DNA of 64,000 nucleotides from an uncultured virus (IMG/VR IMGVR_UViG_3300044833_000105). Its lineage: Duplodnaviria > Heunggongvirae > Uroviricota > Caudoviricetes. A model generated the notes under the pieces. That model did no database searches and was not told the DNA's origin. It saw nothing but the letters and a program-made list of their open reading frames with translations. The stretch lies in the IMG/VR virus record IMGVR_UViG_3300044833_000105. One strand, written 5' to 3'. The position numbers were made by a program, and so were the translations under genes. Positions 57,790 to 64,000 of this stretch are shown here, piece after piece. Position 1 is the stretch's first letter; each line of letters opens with the position of its first letter.

Positions 57790-57869
57790 CGCAGGAGCGG
57801 AAGCCCAAAACGGCAATCGCGGACGCTCTGAAGTTGACACTGATTAATGGAGCGCTAGAAGAATAGCCG

Positions 57870-58283
57870 ATGACCCTGCCCCACAACATCACGGCCGAGC
57901 AGTCGATAAAGCTTGGTTGGCACACACTGACCAAGAAGGGCTACCTGGAGTTGCGTGGAAGCGTTCCCGGAAAAAAGAATGCCTACAAGCGTTCGTTCAA
58001 TGGCCGGATGCACGTGCCAGCCGAGATTCGCGCTCAACTAGACGCGCTTCAGCTTCAGGCGCAGGCACAGTGGAATCGACCTCCGATGGATGACGCGCAT
58101 ATCAAGGCGCGCTTCTTTGTGCGGAATCGGAAATCCGATTTGGACAATAAATACGTCGCACTTCAGGATGTGCTGGTAAAGGCTGGCGTGCTGGTTAACG
58201 ACTCGATAGCGCACGTTCGCAGCTTCGAGGCTAGCGCGGTGGTGACGATATTAGACGAGTACGTACAGGTGACCATCGAATGA
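57870..58283 (+). CDS. RusA-like Holliday junction resolvase
   Basis: GSVPGKKN; KSDLDNK...QDVLVKAGVLVNDS. Confidence 0.8.
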   Translation: MTLPHNITAEQSIKLGWHTLTKKGYLELRGSVPGKKNAYKRSFNGRMHVPAEIRAQLDALQLQAQAQWNRPPMDDAHIKARFFVRNRKSDLDNKYVALQDVLVKAGVLVNDSIAHVRSFEASAVVTILDEYVQVTIE

Positions 58284-58344
58284 CACTCCAGACCACCGTG
58301 CAACACAAGCTGAAGGCGCTGCTGGGGCGGCGGAGGGCGGCGGC

Positions 58345-58617
58345 GTGAAACCGAGACGCTCATACATCGATGTAATCTCAGCGCATTCAGGAGAGGTCCT
58401 GTGCTCCACGTCCCAGCGCATGGATTTACATGCAGCGGAAATGAAGGTCGAGAACGACAAGCGCATAGGCTACGCATCTCAAGTGAGGGTTCATGGAAAG
58501 GATTGCAAAAAGGCTCCGCACGTTGGCGGCGGCTACCTTCATGACGCGAGCGACGACCGACCGTACGATGTTGACGGAGTGGTGTACTGCGGTCGATGCC
58601 ACGAGTATTTGACATGA
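58345..58617 (+). CDS. Hypothetical protein
   Basis: GGYLH...PYDVDGVVYCGRCH. Confidence 0.55.
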   Translation: MKPRRSYIDVISAHSGEVLCSTSQRMDLHAAEMKVENDKRIGYASQVRVHGKDCKKAPHVGGGYLHDASDDRPYDVDGVVYCGRCHEYLT

Positions 58618-58869
58618 CCAACCTCCAAACCATCTGCACTTGTGGCGCTACCGCTTCCCGCCACTGGATCACCTACGATGAGCGCGGAAAGCTGATTGTG
58701 CGCGATTCGGCTATCGAGGGCAGTCGGTGTCTGAGGTTTACGCCCGCGCCCGTGGTCGATAAGGCGTGCGAGGCGATTGCCAAATGAAGTATAGAAGCGT
58801 ATGCAGCGGTATCGAGGCCGACGACGTACCAGCGGCCTCTGTCGGCCCACGAGCGGCGGAGCGGTGAGT

Positions 58870-59901
58870 ATGCTCAAGGCCCCATTCCCGTGGTTCGGCG
58901 GCAAGTCGCGAGTGGCGCAGTTGGTATGGGACCGCTTTGGAAATGTACCGAATTACGTGGAGCCGTTATTTGGCAGTGGGGCGGTGTTGCTGGCGCGTCC
59001 ATCGACGCCTGGGACTGAAACCATTAACGACTTGGATTGTATGGTCGCCAACTTCTGGCGTGCGCTGCAACGTGATCCCGAAGCGGTCGCCATGCACGCC
59101 GACAATCCGGTCAACGAAGCAGATCAGCACGCGCGTCATTTATGGCTCGTTCACCAGGAAGAATTTCGAGAGCGGATGAAAACGGAGCCGGAGTATTTCG
59201 ATGCAAAAATCGCGGGGTGGTGGGTATGGGGACAGTGTATCTGGATCGGCTCGGGATGGTGTTCGGTACAGCGACCGCACCTCGGGAACGCGGGCAAGGG
59301 CGTGAACCGGCAGCGACCGCACCTCGGGGACGCGGGCAAGGGCGTGCATCGTAAGCGACCGCACCTCGGGAACGCGGGCACGGGCGTGGAGGATGTCTCG
59401 TGCATCGTAAGCGACCGCACCTCGGGAACGCTTACAGGCAAAAACATCCTGCGCTACATGGAAGATTTAGCGCACAGGCTGCGCCGAGTGCGTGTGTGTT
59501 GCGGCGACTGGTCCCGCGTCTGCGGACCTTCGCCAACGGTCAAGCTTGGCACTACGGGTGTCTTCCTCGATCCACCTTACGCGGCGGAAGCAGAACGCCA
59601 GGACGGACTATACGCCAGCGACAGCACTACGGTGGCTCACGACGTCCGTGAATGGGCCATTGAGTGGGGACAAGATCCACGGATGCGTATCGCGCTCTGT
59701 GGCTATCAGGGCGAGCATGACATGCCGTCCAGTTGGGAAGAGGTTGCCTGGAAAGCACGTGGCGGCTACGGGTCACAGGGAAGTGGATCTGGACGCGAAA
59801 ACTCCAAGAAGGAAACCATTTGGTTTAGTCCACACTGTTTGCGGAACACGCTATTTGCCTACGCGGAATCGGCTGGTGAACTAACGGAGGCTTCGCTTTG
59901 A
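58870..59901 (+). CDS. DNA adenine methyltransferase (D12 class)
   Basis: PFPWFGGKS, YVEPLFGSG, ETINDLD, FLDPPY. Confidence 0.9.
   Translation: MLKAPFPWFGGKSRVAQLVWDRFGNVPNYVEPLFGSGAVLLARPSTPGTETINDLDCMVANFWRALQRDPEAVAMHADNPVNEADQHARHLWLVHQEEFRERMKTEPEYFDAKIAGWWVWGQCIWIGSGWCSVQRPHLGNAGKGVNRQRPHLGDAGKGVHRKRPHLGNAGTGVEDVSCIVSDRTSGTLTGKNILRYMEDLAHRLRRVRVCCGDWSRVCGPSPTVKLGTTGVFLDPPYAAEAERQDGLYASDSTTVAHDVREWAIEWGQDPRMRIALCGYQGEHDMPSSWEEVAWKARGGYGSQGSGSGRENSKKETIWFSPHCLRNTLFAYAESAGELTEASL
59270..59431. repeat. 42-bp tandem repeat x3 plus an out-of-frame fourth partial copy
   Basis: AGCGACCGCACCTCGGG(A/G)ACGC at 59270, 59312, 59354 and 59410. Confidence 0.9.
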
Positions 59902-60173
59902 CCTGGCTCTACGTGGTAGACGAGCACACGAACCAGATACGCCGCAAAACGGCCATGGCGGCCAACGAGCAGCACCTGGGCGTAGATCGCAACCCGCATA
60001 AGTTCGCCACCCAGCAGGAGGCGCGGGCGTTCGTCCTGGAGCGGGCGAAGCAGCAACTGGCGGCTACGCGCAGGAAAATTGTGGTCCACAACTTACCTTG
60101 GCCTGTGGAAAGTGCCAACGTGAAGCGGCTGGAGCGCAAGCTCGCGGATCTGGAGCGGAAGTGGGGAAAGTAG
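59898..60173 (+). CDS. Hypothetical protein
   Basis: Coupled ORF. Confidence 0.55.
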   Translation: MTWLYVVDEHTNQIRRKTAMAANEQHLGVDRNPHKFATQQEARAFVLERAKQQLAATRRKIVVHNLPWPVESANVKRLERKLADLERKWGK

Positions 60174-60197
60174 TATGGCGAGAGCCAAGAAAAGAGA

Positions 60198-60596
60198 GTG
60201 AATGAAAAAACAGCGGTGCATTTCAGTTCGGCGACAGATAGGTGGGCAACTCCTGCCGCTGTCTATGCCGCGCTGAATGAAGAGTTCCGGTTCGACTACG
60301 ATCCTTGTCCGCTTGACGGCTTGGAAGACGGCCTAGCGACGCTATTTAACCCTTGGTCGGGCCGCAGGGTGTTCTGCAACCCTCCATATGGTCCTGGTTT
60401 GGCTGAGTGGCTAAGACGCGGCCTGGAGGCGGAGTTAGCCGTGTTCCTGATTCCATCTAGGACGGATACGCGGTGGTTCCATGACATCGTGTTGCCTAGA
60501 GCCAAAGAGATTAGATTTATTCGTGGACGCTTGAGATTCGGAGATGCGGTAAACAACGCGCCATTCCCGAGCATGATCGTTATTTTCGAGCGGTAG
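60198..60596 (+). CDS. Phage N6-adenine methyltransferase (phage Dam family)
   Basis: HFSS..D.WATP; FCNPPY; LIPSRTDTRWFH; IRFIRGRLRFG...APFPS. Confidence 0.9.
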   Translation: MNEKTAVHFSSATDRWATPAAVYAALNEEFRFDYDPCPLDGLEDGLATLFNPWSGRRVFCNPPYGPGLAEWLRRGLEAELAVFLIPSRTDTRWFHDIVLPRAKEIRFIRGRLRFGDAVNNAPFPSMIVIFER

Positions 60597-61009
60597 CCTT
60601 CACCCGGCACAGATCGGGGAAGCGCAGTGGAGCAGCCGGGGATTCTCGGCGGTGGAGTTGGTCAGAAAGAGTAACGACAAGAAGTGCGTATTTTGTTTTG
60701 CAATACGACGAATGGTAGCGTAGAATTGAATCAGCAAGTTGTGTTCCCGACTGATCATTGGGTACTTGCGCGATTCTGCGGATCAACAGGCAAGGGTGCC
60801 TCTTCACCTTTGCCTGCCGCAACCCCAAAAGAGGTGGGGCACAAAATGACCAATTCTACAGGCGCAGAGCGCGCCAACCAAGAACCAATAGACAGATCGG
60901 TTCCGGCGATAAACGGGCGACCTTGGACATTTAACAGGTTCGATAACTACATCCGATATGTCAGTGGAGTGCTACGCGGACAGCGCGAACAAGAGGAGTA
61001 CCGACTCGC

Positions 61010-61771
61010 ATGAAAAGGGGTGCTCCTCGCCATCCAAAAATGAAGGAACTGGCGCGCCTTCTAAAGATCGAAGTTCACGCAGCGGTCGGAATTCTTGAGA
61101 TGCTCTGGCACTTCACGGGCGAGTTTGCCCCGTGCGGTGACATCGGACGCATCAAAGACCCTGCCATTGCCGACGGCGTCTCTTGGCGCAAAGATCCAGA
61201 CACCCTTATTAGGGCGCTGGTTGGTTCAGGCTGGCTAGACCGAAACGAAAAGTACCGCCTTATAGTTCACGATTGGGATCAACATGCCGACGAGTCAGTG
61301 AAAAAGAAACTAAACCGAATGCATGTTTGGTTTCTTCCGGAATATGCAGCGTGTCGAGATGCCGTAGAGACGGAGGAGAGACGTAATCCTCCTGCAAGTA
61401 CAGACATGTCTAGCACTAAGGTAGATACATGTCTTCCCTCGCGAGAGGAAGGGCAAGGCAAGGCAAGGAAGGGCAAGGCGTTGTTGAATGATTTTGATGA
61501 ATTTCGCAAAGCTTGCGTTGAGTGCGATTTGCCGTTCTCGGAAAAGGACATGGACCTAGCCGAATCGAAGTGGGCGTTTCTGGACTTCGAGGCTAAGTTG
61601 GCAGCGGTCAAGGGGTTGACTGACAGGAAGCAGTGCGGCGAGTTCGATGAGCAATCATTTCGGCCACTTCCACAGAACTATCTCGGGAAGCGCGCATGGG
61701 AGCGGCCGTTGCGAGTAAAGCAAACCAAACAGTCCAAGATCGACAAGTACTGGGAGGACATGAGCGTATGA
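61010..61771 (+). CDS. Putative replication initiator
   Basis: HPKMKELARLL...VGILEMLWHF...ALVGSGWLD...VHDW; C-terminal PQNYL...WE. Confidence 0.7.
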   Translation: MKRGAPRHPKMKELARLLKIEVHAAVGILEMLWHFTGEFAPCGDIGRIKDPAIADGVSWRKDPDTLIRALVGSGWLDRNEKYRLIVHDWDQHADESVKKKLNRMHVWFLPEYAACRDAVETEERRNPPASTDMSSTKVDTCLPSREEGQGKARKGKALLNDFDEFRKACVECDLPFSEKDMDLAESKWAFLDFEAKLAAVKGLTDRKQCGEFDEQSFRPLPQNYLGKRAWERPLRVKQTKQSKIDKYWEDMSV

Positions 61772-62271
61772 TCAGCGAAAAATTCGCTACGGAACAGGTC
61801 CGAAGATTGCAATCTTTGAAGTTTTTTCCGACTGATAAAGTGGCCGTAAAGGAACTGGCTTCCGCGCTCCGCTCCGCAGCCGACACCGAACTAATCGCCA
61901 GCAACGCCATCGACGAACTCACCAGCACCCTGACCGATTGCCCCGTACCGGCCGACATCCGACGCGCTGTATTCGCCAAGGCCGACGACGAAGAATACAA
62001 ACTGCCGTATGACCCCCCGGCACCCGGAACCCTCTGCCCCATCTGCCGCTCGAACGGAACCATCCAGGAAGGAACCCAGCGCGTCCGCTGTACCTGTCGC
62101 AACGGGCAGGAGTTCCCGCAAGGATTGCTAGACATGATGAACGCGCCAAATAAGGGATCTTGTCAGGGACCGATCGGACCACGGCCGAAGCGTAGTTTCG
62201 TTGGGCGGTCCGATGCAAAGCCGATCACGCAAGCCGAGATCGACGCGGCGTTGAAAGCGAGAGGGCGATGA
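61768..62271 (+). CDS. Replication-associated protein with Zn-binding motif
   Basis: PVPADIR; CPICRSNG...RCTC..G; follows initiator. Confidence 0.6.
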   Translation: MISEKFATEQVRRLQSLKFFPTDKVAVKELASALRSAADTELIASNAIDELTSTLTDCPVPADIRRAVFAKADDEEYKLPYDPPAPGTLCPICRSNGTIQEGTQRVRCTCRNGQEFPQGLLDMMNAPNKGSCQGPIGPRPKRSFVGRSDAKPITQAEIDAALKARGR

Positions 62272-63554
62272 TTGTCGGCTTCCGCTACGATTCGCTCGGC
62301 CGGCGGCGCTGGATCAGGGCAGATGAGCCACGCTCTATTCGTCCCGCGGTCATCACGCCGCGGATGCGCAGAGGAAAGATATTTCGCTGTGGTGCCGAGG
62401 CTCGTTGCCAAGGGAAGCTACCGCGTCCAGACAGACACAGCAGCGATTTCACGGTGATGATGTTCGTGCTTGGCTGGAAAGAAGCGGACTCGAAGATCAG
62501 GGAATTGGAAATGGTTGATTATCTGGTCCGTCTGCACCGGGACGGCCGCGTGGACAAGCTCACGGGAGGCACATACTATGCGGTCAACGGATAGGGCTAT
62601 ATGACCGAGAAGCAATTAGTCGCGATAACCAATCCGTGCGTAGAGGCTGAGGAGTGCGCGCATCCTAAATACAAAAGCTACGTGCGTCCTCGATGGTCTG
62701 TGATCCTGACAGTAAACAGCGGCTTTGAATGAATCGATAATTTTGAAGGCATGCCCGTGTGGCATGTTTCGGTGGCAAGGATCAATCGAGATATGAGTCG
62801 AATATTGCCAGTTGCGCAGTGGACGCCGAATGTACGGCGTGCCGCGAGGTTGATCCAGTTGAATACCTTGCTGCACGTCGGTGGCGATTGGGAAATGGAA
62901 GAAGAAGGGGAATCGGCGGTGCATCTAAGGCGAAGGCTGTCCAAGGTTGAAATGCAAATACTACACGACATTAGCCCTGCTTGCCCAGTATTTACTCACG
63001 GGAAGGCTCTAGGGGTTATCGCATGAACCCCCGCGTCCAGCGGCCGCGACGGGCGAGGGCGGAAGGAGCGGCGTGGTGAAAAGAGCAAGATGGTTGATTG
63101 GAATGGCGATGCAGTTAGCCTTGATTTTCACTGTTCTTGGATTGGTCTATTGGAACGATGGGTTTCGCGGGGTAGTCGCAGTCCTTAGCTTGACGATCTT
63201 CGCATTATTAGTAATGGTGTATTTATATTTGGCGTTTAAGCTGAAGAACGGTGGTAGCAAATGACTAACCTCACCACATTCCTCCGCTCCAGCGAACTAA
63301 TTGCCGCATGTGACCGACTGCTGGAGACCGAGCGCGAGATTATGGAGATGCCGCAAGAGGAGCGCAAATGGTTCATGGGCAAGGCTGGGCACAAAGACTG
63401 CTTCGTGGTGGCGCGAGCACTTAAAGAATTGCTGCAATCTCCCGAGGCTGCGGAGATGCGGAAGTTTAACAACGACCCTGAATGGCTACGGCGTAAGGCT
63501 GACGCCGAGGACGGCTGTGATGTTGGAGTCGGCGGGAGCCTGAAAGCGGAGTGA
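62268..63554 (+). other. String of small hypothetical ORFs
   Basis: 62268-62594, 62751-63026, 63073-63264 (TM), 63261-63554. Confidence 0.55.
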
Positions 63555-63934
63555 GGGTTATGCCCCTAACTTTGGCGCAAGCGAACGAGTTGATACTCGT
63601 ATGGCATCGGCATCAAGTGGCATTCGCGTCCCGGTCGTCGGACAGACCAACCAAGCAAAAGCAACGTTGGTCGAAGGAGTTGTGTAAATTACAGGGAATA
63701 GGTTACAGGAATAACACTGGAGAGCGCGTGAGCAAGCCGGAAGCCGCTGGATTGCTTCCAACGAAGGCGGCAACCGCAGAACTGCTCGACCGCGCCGAGA
63801 GGCTGCTGGATGAGTATCGCTACTCGCTGTCTGATGACGAGTTCCTGATTTGGGCTGAAATGAAACGTTCCGCCATCGACGCCTGGAAGCGCGACAAGGC
63901 GGCGATTAAAACCGAAAAGGAGATGCCCTCGTGA
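63551..63934 (+). pseudogene. XF1762/Mom-like gene with central deletion, read through into the next ORF
   Basis: PLTLAQANELILVWHRH joined directly to SR..DRPTKQKQRWSKEL. Confidence 0.55.
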
Positions 63935-64000
63935 CGTGTTCTAGCTGTTCTGAGCCGATGTTCATAATATTAGGAGACCGCGCGTTTTGTGAAGGGTGCT

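Larger units (their letters stand above)
1..64000. mobile_element. Tailed bacteriophage/prophage genome, podovirus-like, near-complete
   Basis: Terminase, portal, capsid, tail fibres, endolysin, integrase, ERF/exonuclease and MTases in phage-like order; no host housekeeping genes recognised. Confidence 0.95.

Noticed and set aside
59270..59431. Mini-CRISPR array
   Set aside because: Units are contiguous in-frame coding repeats with near-identical intervening sequence; no cas genes seen
63931..64000. Direct circular join of window end to position 1
   Set aside because: Gene order is compatible, but no terminal overlap is visible and the joined frame is not convincing
1..64000. Stop-codon recoding
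   Set aside because: Long genes are open in the standard code and end in TAA, TAG and TGA alike

Overview
The whole 64 kb window reads as one tailed-phage or prophage genome, probably near-complete and possibly circularly permuted. I recognised no host housekeeping genes. The virion looks podovirus-like: there is no tail-tube or tape-measure module, but there are portal, scaffold, major capsid, adaptor, nozzle-like and large Cys-free ejection-protein candidates. The integrase/excisionase style suggests an Acidobacteriota-like host (inference only). Layout: xis and truncated int plus a leftward accessory block (1-2.9 kb); small genes and lysis cassette (3-8.3 kb); leftward accessory block ending in an IS1595 fragment (8.3-10.4 kb); TerS, putative pac region and TerL (10.6-16 kb); head, tail and ejection genes (16-40.8 kb); four tail-fibre/appendage genes (40.8-47.3 kb); divergent regulatory switch (48-49.3 kb); rightward early operon with ERF, exonuclease, PAPS-reductase-like, RusA-like, two MTases and a replication protein (49-64 kb). 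Strongest leads: (1) tail-fibre-like proteins with Sec signal peptides and paired cysteines, implying periplasmic export and oxidative folding of virion parts; (2) a shared terminal RRY motif in head-region and ejection proteins; (3) a TerL with a second, apparently inactive nuclease domain; (4) leaderless antisense mini-genes in the late operon; (5) a structured ~200-nt non-coding RNA candidate; (6) several deletion-fused genes. All calls come from motif recognition by eye; no database searches were run.
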